This document shows, one piece after another, positions 38,517-46,592 of a stretch of DNA of 64,000 nt. The stretch comes from a virus: positions 1-64,000 of IMG/VR virus record IMGVR_UViG_3300034105_003474, one strand, 5' to 3'. Under the pieces are notes generated by a model, which saw nothing but the letters and a program-made list of their open reading frames with translations, was not told where the DNA came from and searched no databases. The position numbers were made by a program, and so were the translations under genes. Every line of letters starts with the position of its first letter. Position 1 is the stretch's first letter.

Positions 38517-38718
38517 TGTGTGTCCTTTTTCTTTCGTTGTAGTGATGTAGTGGAGACATACCACGCTCCTCCACCACCGAGTATGTATATGTATGCCGAA
38601 CTAGAGTCTTCTTCTGCGTATCCCCAAAACTCGCAATCACTTTCATTGCGGTATTTGACGATTTCGCCGATCTGATATTGCTTCATCTATGTCCTTTCTG
38701 TGGTGAAGCGTCTCGCTG

Positions 38719-38970
38719 TTATGCGGACGCTATTACGGGTGATACGAGGTTTGCTAGTTCACGCTCTAACTCTGCACCTTCGCAGTTGTTCATGAGGTCA
38801 ATCAAATTATCTAACCATGTCGCAACTTTTGCAGGGAGTGGTGTTGTGTTGAGATAGTTGGTGTACTTGTTGAGTACGACATCTATTTCGTTTGCTAGTC
38901 CTGCTCCTTCAACATTGTTTGTGATGTCAAGGATTTCTATGACTAGGTTTAGGTAACTTTGCTTTGCCAT
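38719..38970 (-). CDS. Hypothetical protein with internal repeat (NNVEGAGL / NNCEGAEL)
   Basis: Own promoter. Confidence 0.6.
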   Translation of the reverse strand: MAKQSYLNLVIEILDITNNVEGAGLANEIDVVLNKYTNYLNTTPLPAKVATWLDNLIDLMNNCEGAELERELANLVSPVIASA

Positions 38971-39164
38971 TTCTAGTGCCTTTCGTTTAGGTTTATACAA
39001 CTACTTTACTGAAGCGGTGTAGCAGGGTTATCCCTGCCACCTAAAGTTGCGACACGCCTTCTTGTCGTTCTTTTTCCGCTTGTCCGCTATGCGCTGTGCC
39101 TTCAGGATGTTCCTATCTGCGAACGCCTGACGCTCCTCGGGTGTCCATGATGTATCTATTTTCA

Positions 39165-39647
39165 TTATGCTCGTCTCCTGTTCTTTGTCCACTCGTGACA
39201 ACTATGTTTTGCTTGCTCATCTACTTGCTCTTGTGACATTCCTGCTGTAATCAACGGACGGTATCCGCATGAGTTACACGCAACGCCGAGGTACTCGGTG
39301 ACACCTTGTGCTATCTGATATGCGTGAACTGTTGTGTTGCCGTGCGTGCGCTCATTTAGATAAACCGTGATGAATACTTCGCAGTTTGCGCAACCGATGA
39401 TTTTGACATCTTTGCCGTCTGTCGGTGCTTGCTTTGTAAAGAAGTCAAACTTGAAGTGTTTGCAGGTTTCGCACTTGTCGTCAAGTTTGCGAACCTTTGC
39501 TACTTCTACTGCACCTTCGGTAACGACCTTCCAATGTGTTGGGAGGATGCCTTTCTTTTGTGCTTGCTCAATGAGGTGGTTGCGAACCGCCCATTGTGCA
39601 TAGGGCTTGGCGACTTTTGTTGCCTTTGCCTTTTTGACCTTTGCCAT
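39165..39647 (-). CDS. Cys-rich Zn-binding hypothetical protein
   Basis: Three CxxC pairs; AAGGAG RBS. Confidence 0.65.
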   Translation of the reverse strand: MAKVKKAKATKVAKPYAQWAVRNHLIEQAQKKGILPTHWKVVTEGAVEVAKVRKLDDKCETCKHFKFDFFTKQAPTDGKDVKIIGCANCEVFITVYLNERTHGNTTVHAYQIAQGVTEYLGVACNSCGYRPLITAGMSQEQVDEQAKHSCHEWTKNRRRA

Positions 39648-39783
39648 TTCTAGTATCTCCTTGTTTAGGTTTATCTAACTCGCTACTTACACTATATACG
39701 CACGGTGTCATATAGTTGTGACATTTATAGACGCTAATAATAAATATACTTCTAATATATCAGGGGGCATAATATCCCCACCT

Positions 39784-39804
39784 TTATCCACAGCCTGTGG
39801 ATAA
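39784..39804. promoter_or_regulatory. Inverted pair of perfect DnaA boxes
   Basis: TTATCCACA-gcc-TGTGGATAA; a third perfect box at 37335..37343. Confidence 0.65.
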
Positions 39805-40266
39805 CTAGATCGGGCAACACCATTTAGCACTAAGTCAAACAATCAGCAGGCTATATACGCCACCGTTCAAGTTGGGTGATGTCTTGATGTCTTGATTGCG
39901 GGGATCGCCAAACCCCACAGCCCCGCGCCCGCGCATCGCGTCGCGGGACTCACAAGTCTCAGATTGTTCGTCGGGACTGTCGCCGTCGCATCCGCCGTTT
40001 GTTGGGATAGTGTTGGGATATGGCTCATCCCTTCAGTCGCAAACACTCCACTAACTTGCAGATCAGCAATGTCATTGACGCACTCGCGCAAACTGAGCCC
40101 GAACTATTTGGCGAGGGCAACGCCGTGCTAATGCCCGTCACACACTCCACAAGGCTCACGCTTGCAGACGATCTGCGTTCACACTATGAGCCACTCACCT
40201 ACCCTCATACGCACAAATAGCCCGCCTACCGAACGGCAGACGGGCTACTGAACGCCTAAGAGTGAT

Positions 40267-40515
40267 CTAGGACTGCACCCAACCCCTTGGGGTATTCATC
40301 GCGTAAAGGTGCGGTATGACGCTCACGATGAGATCAGTGAACGCTTGCGCCACCTCATCGCGCGAGGACGATATACCTTGAATGAAGTCATCGTCAATAC
40401 GCCCATGAATGAGATCATCCACGATCGCACCGATAACACCGATACCTATTGCACCTATGCCGAGATAATTCTCCGCAAGTAATTCACGCACTGATAATTC
40501 CATAATTTTCTCCAT
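40267..40515 (-). CDS. Hypothetical protein
   Basis: ORF followed by hairpin at about 40219-40247. Confidence 0.5.
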   Translation of the reverse strand: MEKIMELSVRELLAENYLGIGAIGIGVIGAIVDDLIHGRIDDDFIQGISSSRDEVAQAFTDLIVSVIPHLYAMNTPRGWVQS

Positions 40516-40605
40516 TGTCTAGTTGCTTGGTAATCGGCTTGCGCCTTGTGCCTAGTTGGAATTGAATCCCACGCCGAACGCGCTAGGCGACTCACCTAGT
40601 GAGTG

Positions 40606-41046
40606 TTATGCACCGTGTGTGCCGTCACCGCCCATCGCGATAAGTGTTGCACGATTCCACGCCTCACGCACCGCATCGTTCGCAATGAGTGCCGTGTTGG
40701 TGGTGAGTAGTTCAATGACTTGCGCCTCAAACTGATCTAACGCCTTCGCGCTGTATCGTGCGATCGGTTGCGATGCAACCATGCCGTGTGGGTAGTTCAC
40801 CGTGTCAAAGATCGTGAACTGCACCGACTCATAACCACGCGAACGATCGTAATGCGCGAACTGAATGAACGCTGTGAATCGCTTGCGATCTGCATCGTGC
40901 GAGATACCGAGTGACACCATCCCACCGACTAGTTCGCCTTCAAACTGAATTGACTGCGAAGGACTGTACCAACGGTAAGAGATCTCGCGATCCTTCACCT
41001 TGCGTATTGCTTGTGCGAAGTTCGCACCTTGAGTCATAACTGACAT
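40606..41046 (-). CDS. Hypothetical protein
   Basis: Start MSVMTQ after GGAG; own promoter. Confidence 0.6.
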   Translation of the reverse strand: MSVMTQGANFAQAIRKVKDREISYRWYSPSQSIQFEGELVGGMVSLGISHDADRKRFTAFIQFAHYDRSRGYESVQFTIFDTVNYPHGMVASQPIARYSAKALDQFEAQVIELLTTNTALIANDAVREAWNRATLIAMGGDGTHGA

Positions 41047-41391
41047 ATCTAACTCCATTCCTAGTAGATAAGCGATATTGCTTATACACACACAATACGC
41101 AAGGGGTGTTGCATAGTGTGACATCGCCCGATCAGGCAGATCAGCCACACCGAGATCAGGATTCACGATCTGCGATCCGACTCACGATCTATATCCGCTA
41201 CCGTTCAAGTTGGGGACTCAGATCCGCGATCCGCCCGTGCGACGCGCCCGCCCGCGCACGGCGACGGAGCCCCGCAAGTATTTGTTTACCCGCATCAGTC
41301 CCGCGTGCATCGTCGCACGGCGGGACTCGCAAGTCGTTGGCGACAAACAGTTGCGTTTGAAACGGTTGCGACACTCGGACTTAGAAACAGC

Positions 41392-41721
41392 AAAAGCCCC
41401 CACCCGACAGAAAGGTGAGGGCTCGTGCCGAACCGAAGTTTACTTACTTGCCTCCAAGAGTGCTTGGAAGTTTGCGAACTCCTGCTCGCATGACAAACAA
41501 TGCCACACGGTGGTTGGGTTGGAGTCCGATGCAACTGCGCTATCTGTGTGCTTGTGTCCTTCAATGCACGGATCGTACATATGCCTAGCCTTTCGTTTAG
41601 AGGGGCTGTATCGCCCCTGTGTACTCATTACGCACGCACCATCGCTGATTGTGCCTGAGACGCACCACAAGCCCCCCTAGGAACGCAAAAAGCCCCCACC
41701 CGAAGGGTGAGGGCTCGTGCC
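41392..41721 (-). terminator. Two near-identical terminator hairpins (41392..41429 and 41687..41721)
   Basis: aaagcccccacccga...ggtgagggctcgtgcc duplicated, each downstream of a minus-strand stop. Confidence 0.7.
41440..41580 (-). CDS. Small Zn-ribbon peptide
   Basis: MYDPC..H.H...WHCLSC; between the duplicated terminators. Confidence 0.45.
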   Translation of the reverse strand: MYDPCIEGHKHTDSAVASDSNPTTVWHCLSCEQEFANFQALLEASK

Positions 41722-41731
41722 TGTGAAGGAA

Positions 41732-42154
41732 CTATGCGGAGAGTGCTGACACCTTCGCGCGAACATTCGCAATGTTCGTGAAGTGCTTCACGCCTTCCGC
41801 GGTGGTGAAACCAACCTTGACCACGCCGTAACCGTCCTCCTCGGGTGCGACCCAAAAGACCACGCCGACCGTGCCTTTAGGAACTTTGCGTCCCTTGAAC
41901 ACCTCAACGGTTTGACCCTTGACGACTTCGCCGTCCGCGACCAACTGTGCGAGACGCTCCGCATTGCGACGGACGATCTCCGCCCACCTTGCGACTGCCT
42001 CCTCCGTGTGACGGTGGGGTTGCTTCCAACGACCAACGCCACCCTCGTACTCGCGACCTGCACGCTCCGCGAGATAACGCACACCATTGCGGTTTACATC
42101 AAAGAAAACCTCTTCTCCGCACCCGCCACACCCGAACCTTTTACCGTTTTCCAT
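41732..42154 (-). CDS. Hypothetical protein (SH3/KOW-like GRKVPKGTVG.VFW C-terminus)
   Basis: AGGAGG RBS; own promoter. Confidence 0.65.
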   Translation of the reverse strand: MENGKRFGCGGCGEEVFFDVNRNGVRYLAERAGREYEGGVGRWKQPHRHTEEAVARWAEIVRRNAERLAQLVADGEVVKGQTVEVFKGRKVPKGTVGVVFWVAPEEDGYGVVKVGFTTAEGVKHFTNIANVRAKVSALSA

Positions 42155-42688
42155 AACTCCTCCTTCAGAGGTCTAGTAGTTGTAATCAGAATACGCACAG
42201 GGTGTGACAGAGTGTGACTTGGATAAACCTAAACGAAGGGACGGCGAAGCCGCTTTCTGACAGCGAAGCAGCGTTGCGGGCGAAGCCGCTCGGCATCGCT
42301 GGCTTTCCTGCTCCGCAGCGATGCATCTCATACACAGCCCCGCAAACCGCGTGGCTACGCGGGACTATGGGCGCATCAGAAGAAGAAAGAAGACAAACCC
42401 GGTTGGGAACGTTGGGACAGGACCCGACGCACATTTTTGTAAAAAAGACAACTTTTTACGCGTTTTAGAAAACACCAATTTTTCACTAATTTTATGGTTT
42501 TTGAAAGCCTTATTCCATAAGGGTTTTACGGAACAGGTTTTCAGGAAACTTCTGAGCCAACACAAAAAACATCAAAAAGAACAACTTTTGAAAGATCCGG
42601 CTGCCAGGTCCCACAATTCCGGGCAGGTCCTGCTTCAGGCTTCTCGGAAGCCCCGCTTAGTTACTTGTGCTGAAGCACAGCGCGGGAC

Positions 42689-42889
42689 TCAGAAGAGGGT
42701 TGGCGCATCATCAAATTGGTTGCGTACCTCAGTACAGATTTTGTGGGCATACCCGAGTGGGGCGGAAGGTTTTTTTGGTGTCCCCAAGTATTTTCCATCT
42801 CGGTATTCAACCCATGAAACGATCTTCACACAGTAGGCGTGGTTCGTTGTGTCTATTTCTTGTTCACAGATGGAGCAGTTGACTTTCAT
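42689..42889 (-). CDS. Small Zn-binding protein
   Basis: CSIC...AH..C. Confidence 0.55.
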   Translation of the reverse strand: MKVNCSICEQEIDTTNHAYCVKIVSWVEYRDGKYLGTPKKPSAPLGYAHKICTEVRNQFDDAPTLF

Positions 42890-43114
42890 TTATGCGGTTG
42901 CTTCTGCCTTTAGTGGTGCAACGATCACGGAGAGTAGATCTTCTACAGGGAACTGTAGATCACTATGCGACCTGATGTCAAGGAGTAGATCAACCATTTC
43001 TGATGATGACACGAGTTCGCGACCCGAGATATGTTTGATCGCATTGTCTATGAGGTCGGTGATAGTGCTAATTTGTTGTGCTGTTTCCAAGAGACTTCTT
43101 CTTTCTAGGTGCAA
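42890..43114 (-). CDS. Hypothetical protein (ISGRELVSSSEMVDLLLD motif)
   Basis: Coupled ORF; start uncertain. Confidence 0.5.
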   Translation of the reverse strand: MHLERRSLLETAQQISTITDLIDNAIKHISGRELVSSSEMVDLLLDIRSHSDLQFPVEDLLSVIVAPLKAEATA

Positions 43115-43268
43115 TAGTTGGTAGATAGTTTATCGCATAATCGTAGGTATGACGCAGACAAACGATGTGGTCGTTGTACACCGAGAGTGCTGTAGAGCAC
43201 CCTTCTAGTGCACAACGACGAACGCCGTTGCCATCTGTTTTGGGTTTGAGGACGGTGTTACTCTCCAA
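43068..43268 (-). CDS. Small Cys/His protein (C...GC.T.LS.YN....C..H)
   Basis: Motif and operon position. Confidence 0.55.
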   Translation of the reverse strand: MESNTVLKPKTDGNGVRRCALEGCSTALSVYNDHIVCLRHTYDYAINYLPTIAPRKKKSLGNSTTN

Positions 43269-43707
43269 GTTTCGCCCACTCTTCGTCGCCGATGAGTTCT
43301 GATGCTTGCAGTATTGCTTCCTCTATATCAAAGTGCACGCAGTTCAACCAACCCGCTTCGCCAACTGTGTCGTCGTCTGCGTACAGATCAAACCATGCGT
43401 TGTTGTCAAACTCAATGCGTTCTTCGTCTATTGCTTTCTGCAACTGCTCATCTGTTTCAATGCCTGCTTCTGCGAGACGGTCGGAGTATCTGATCACCTG
43501 ATAGTTCGCATTGTCAATGCGTGCTTCTTTGCTGTCCCAAACATGGAGACGCATTTCGCCATCGCAGTAAACGCTGATGGTGCGGTCTTTGAAGGTAACC
43601 CGTGCCACGAGTTGGTGTGCATTTGCGTCCCAAACATAGAACGCAGGGTCTTTGCAGAACTCTCGCTCATGCGGTGACTGTTCTCGGGTGATAATTAGGT
43701 CTTGCAT
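43258..43707 (-). CDS. Hypothetical protein
   Basis: AAGGAG RBS; own promoter. Confidence 0.65.
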   Translation of the reverse strand: MQDLIITREQSPHEREFCKDPAFYVWDANAHQLVARVTFKDRTISVYCDGEMRLHVWDSKEARIDNANYQVIRYSDRLAEAGIETDEQLQKAIDEERIEFDNNAWFDLYADDDTVGEAGWLNCVHFDIEEAILQASELIGDEEWAKLGE

Positions 43708-43762
43708 TACTTCTCCTTGTTTCTAGTAGTTGTACCAAGAGTAATACGAGGGTGTTGTGCGG

Positions 43763-43966
43763 TTATGCGTTTCCTAACAGCGCCAATGCTTCGTCTATTT
43801 CTATGGTTGTTTTGATGGAGTGGTCGCCGTCGTATGCAACCGTGACATAGTTTGCGCCAACGGACGGGTTCTCTGCGAGATCGCAAATAGACCCGTACGC
43901 CTGTGCTACCGCATCTAGATGGTTATCTGCCTCGTAGACCATTTGCCAAGTGACTAGGTATTGCAT
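43763..43966 (-). CDS. Hypothetical protein
   Basis: Start MQYLVTW, TGATG coupling. Confidence 0.55.
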   Translation of the reverse strand: MQYLVTWQMVYEADNHLDAVAQAYGSICDLAENPSVGANYVTVAYDGDHSIKTTIEIDEALALLGNA

Positions 43967-44178
43967 CAGACGGACAGACTTTCCTGCCACGAGAACATTG
44001 GGGTAACACCGAACTCGTCTTTTACGGAACGGGTGCTGACTTCAACATCAACCTTGTATTGCTCCAACGATGCGAGGATATCTGCAAGTTCCGCCTTGTC
44101 GGTTGCGATACGGTAACGCAACTCGTGCATACGGGTATTTAGGGTCTCAAATGTTTGCTTTTTGTTACGGAGTTTCAT
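43966..44178 (-). CDS. Hypothetical coiled-coil protein
   Basis: Coupled ORF. Confidence 0.55.
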   Translation of the reverse strand: MKLRNKKQTFETLNTRMHELRYRIATDKAELADILASLEQYKVDVEVSTRSVKDEFGVTPMFSWQESLSV

Positions 44179-44564
44179 TATTTATCTGCCTTTCGGTCTG
44201 CTTGTGGGTCTCTTATCTCATACTGACGACTTTCGCGTTTTACGAAGATGTCAGGACGATCTTGAACGATCTTGCGGACGGTTGCTTCTGATATGTCACC
44301 GATTTCTGCAAGTTCTTTTACAGTTATCAACTCAAAGACATGGTTCTTGCACCAAGACAAAATGTCTTGCTTGCCGTCTTGTGCTGTACGCCAACCTTCA
44401 CTTGGTTGTGCCTGTGCCAAGAGTTCTGCCTTGATGTTGTTTGGTACGAGATCACGGACACGCTTAGGTACTTGCGCAACCCAAACAGGTTTCCCATAGG
44501 TGTTGATCGCTTCAGTAACTTCGCGTATCGCGTCGTCTAGTTGTGTGTCTACTTCGTTACTCAT
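44178..44564 (-). CDS. HTH DNA-binding protein, probably leaderless
   Basis: TVKELAEIGDISEATVRK; ATG 7 nt downstream of -10 TATAGT. Confidence 0.6.
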   Translation of the reverse strand: MSNEVDTQLDDAIREVTEAINTYGKPVWVAQVPKRVRDLVPNNIKAELLAQAQPSEGWRTAQDGKQDILSWCKNHVFELITVKELAEIGDISEATVRKIVQDRPDIFVKRESRQYEIRDPQADRKADK

Positions 44565-44608
44565 AGTGTCTACTATACGCAACGGGTGTGACAAAGTGTG
44601 TGACCCCA

Positions 44609-44866
44609 TTAGAACGGTTCTGCTGTTCGCATGGACTCAGGTACTACAAGTGCGCTTTGTGCTTCGTTCAGTACCGTCATTGTCTGAGAAATGATGTTGC
44701 TGGTTTTTAGTACTGCGCCCTTGAACACCGCTGACTGTTCTTGTGTGCCAACTCGTGATAGTTCTTGTTCAAGAACTTCGTAAATGCTGTGTATCGCTTT
44801 CTCAATGCGACTCAAACTTGCTGAGTCTGCATCAAAGATTTGTGCGAGTGTTTGTGTTCTTTCCAT
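44609..44866 (-). CDS. Hypothetical protein
   Basis: ORF with upstream TTGACT/TATAAT promoter. Confidence 0.55.
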   Translation of the reverse strand: MERTQTLAQIFDADSASLSRIEKAIHSIYEVLEQELSRVGTQEQSAVFKGAVLKTSNIISQTMTVLNEAQSALVVPESMRTAEPF

Positions 44867-45154
44867 AATTTGCTTATCACCCTTTCAGGCTTCTAGGTTT
44901 ATCTAACAATACCATTATATATACACCTCAGTCAAATAGCAACCCCCCAAACAAACAAATGTTCGCCTCAAACTTTTATATCCGCCACCGTTCGGTTTGG
45001 TGTATCCCATGTGTATGCCTGCTTGTTGGGTGGGGCTGTCCCACTTCTGAGCCCCGCTCGGATTTCCCCCCTTTCCTTCACGCGGGGCTGAGAAATACTT
45101 GCAAATGTTTGGGGACTCAGATAAACTAAAAGAAAGTACTAGAAAAGAGGCTAA

Positions 45155-45754
45155 ATGGTTCAGGAAGAACTAAAGGTTTTAGAACAAGTCACTAAACAAT
45201 GGGTTTTGTGGCGCAAAAATAACAATATTCAAAAGAACTCGTGCATCTTGGCATGCAACTTTGCGCACCAACTGTTGGTTCGTTTGGGGGTGGAACACGA
45301 AGTCCTTCCCGTCGGAACCACAGTTTTCAACCGTAAAGGTTGGGAGATGTTTGGAACCGCAGTCAACCAACTACCTGATGATGCGTGGACAGTTCATTGT
45401 TCAAGCCAAACAACAGGTTCAGGTTTTGGCGGACACACCGTAATACATACGGAGAACTACTTTCTAGATTTGACGGCGTTACAGTTTTCCCGTCCTGAGC
45501 ACGAAATCTTCATTGGTGAAACTTTGATAGTCCCGTTGGAAAAGATGGAAGTCTTTGAGCGGGGCTCACAACCACATGCGGTGCATCTCGCATTCCGCAC
45601 CAACAAGTTTTGGACTTTCCCGATTGGTTCAGGTTTGTATTCGTACTACCTAGAGAAGTGGAACACGATCTACCGCAAGTCGCCCGATTGGAACATCTCG
45701 GCAAAAGAGTTAGGTATCCCGAGCATCATTGAGGAAATGCGAAAAGGTAGTTGA
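45155..45754 (+). CDS. Papain/transglutaminase-like fold protein (Cys-His-Asp)
   Basis: NSCIL.C, GH.V, LDLTA.QF. Confidence 0.5.
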   Translation: MVQEELKVLEQVTKQWVLWRKNNNIQKNSCILACNFAHQLLVRLGVEHEVLPVGTTVFNRKGWEMFGTAVNQLPDDAWTVHCSSQTTGSGFGGHTVIHTENYFLDLTALQFSRPEHEIFIGETLIVPLEKMEVFERGSQPHAVHLAFRTNKFWTFPIGSGLYSYYLEKWNTIYRKSPDWNISAKELGIPSIIEEMRKGS

Positions 45755-45779
45755 CATTGCTATATATATTGGATACACT
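45751..45779 (+). promoter_or_regulatory. Sigma70/SigA-type promoter
   Basis: TTGACA-17 nt-TACACT. Confidence 0.7.
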
Positions 45780-45812
45780 TTTATTACCTACTAGAAATAC
45801 AAGGAGCAAGAA

Positions 45813-46145
45813 ATGAACGAGAACAGTTACCGAACAGCAAAGACCGTGCTCATCACGGCGACAGTAACTATTGCGTCAGTGTTCGCATTTAGTTTCCTGA
45901 AAGAACAGAACCGACAAGACAACGAGTTCTTTTGCAACGGTGCATCAGTCAACATCAAAGAGGGCGACACCCTGTATTGGATTGCACGCACAAACTGTGA
46001 AGGCAACACCATGAATGTTGTGGACGAACTTGTACGAGTTTATGGAACTGAATTGACGGTTGGTGACACGATCTTCCTACCTACGCACCCGAACTGTGAA
46101 CTACGCATGACGGACGGCGGTCAAGTAATGGAAGATTGCAAGTAA
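45813..46145 (+). CDS. Membrane-anchored LysM-like protein
   Basis: N-terminal TM; IKEGDTLYWIA...L.VG..I.LP. Confidence 0.65.
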   Translation: MNENSYRTAKTVLITATVTIASVFAFSFLKEQNRQDNEFFCNGASVNIKEGDTLYWIARTNCEGNTMNVVDELVRVYGTELTVGDTIFLPTHPNCELRMTDGGQVMEDCK

Positions 46146-46184
46146 TAAACAAAAATATATAACTACTAGACAAGGAGAAAAGTA

Positions 46185-46592
46185 ATGAAAGCAATTTGGA
46201 ACTGGTATAGAAACAGGAGCAGATTTGTAAAGTTGGTAATCATCGTCACTGTTCTTACGATTATCGGAACAGTGATGGACGCAACAGACGGAAAAACTTC
46301 TTACGAAAGTATGAAGCAAGGAGATTGTTACTCTGACACATTCTCTTCTGCAAATAATTTACTTATTTCGGATTTTTCCAAAGTGGATTGTTCGCAGTCA
46401 CACTTAGGAAGAATTGTGTATGTTGAGAGTTTTGAGGGTAGAGAGTTTCCAATTTCGTGGGAACAGTATGCGGAAGACAACTGTCCAGCAATTTCCACAC
46501 ACTTCTACCACTCGGTAGATAAAGCAGTTATGTATGAAGACATATTTATATGCGTAGTAGAGGGCGCAACAGATGGTGGTAGCGATGTCTAA
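46185..46592 (+). CDS. Membrane-anchored Septum_form-like protein
   Basis: TM; GDC...VDC...H, A...C, .C pattern. Confidence 0.55.
   Translation: MKAIWNWYRNRSRFVKLVIIVTVLTIIGTVMDATDGKTSYESMKQGDCYSDTFSSANNLLISDFSKVDCSQSHLGRIVYVESFEGREFPISWEQYAEDNCPAISTHFYHSVDKAVMYEDIFICVVEGATDGGSDV

Larger units (their letters stand above)
32129..44589 (-). promoter_or_regulatory. Family of 11 leftward promoters, ACAC-N8-TANNNT
   Basis: -10 hexamers begin (plus-strand coordinates) at 32129, 32797, 35543, 36414, 36905, 39003, 39691, 41092, 42188, 43738, 44572, each exactly 8 nt from ACAC and just upstream of a minus-strand gene. Confidence 0.75.
28182..45000 (+). repeat. Oriented dispersed 24-bp repeat TRTATMCGCCACCGTtcrrkTTGG, 10 copies
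   Basis: Starts at 28182, 28470, 28908, 29462, 30058, 32950, 37356, 39852, 41190, 44977; all same strand. Confidence 0.85.

Noticed and set aside
41106-41680. Overlapping ORFs across the repeat element (also 39867..40131, 42186..42836)
   Set aside because: They cross motif, terminator and A-tract DNA and lack coding signals
28182-45000. CRISPR array interpretation of the 24-bp repeats
   Set aside because: Copies are hundreds to thousands of bp apart and degenerate; no cas genes
32950-45117. MITE/REP or attC interpretation of the composite element
   Set aside because: No target-site duplications, spacers not conserved, stems imperfect, no transposase or integrase in the window; cassette exchange is not fully excluded
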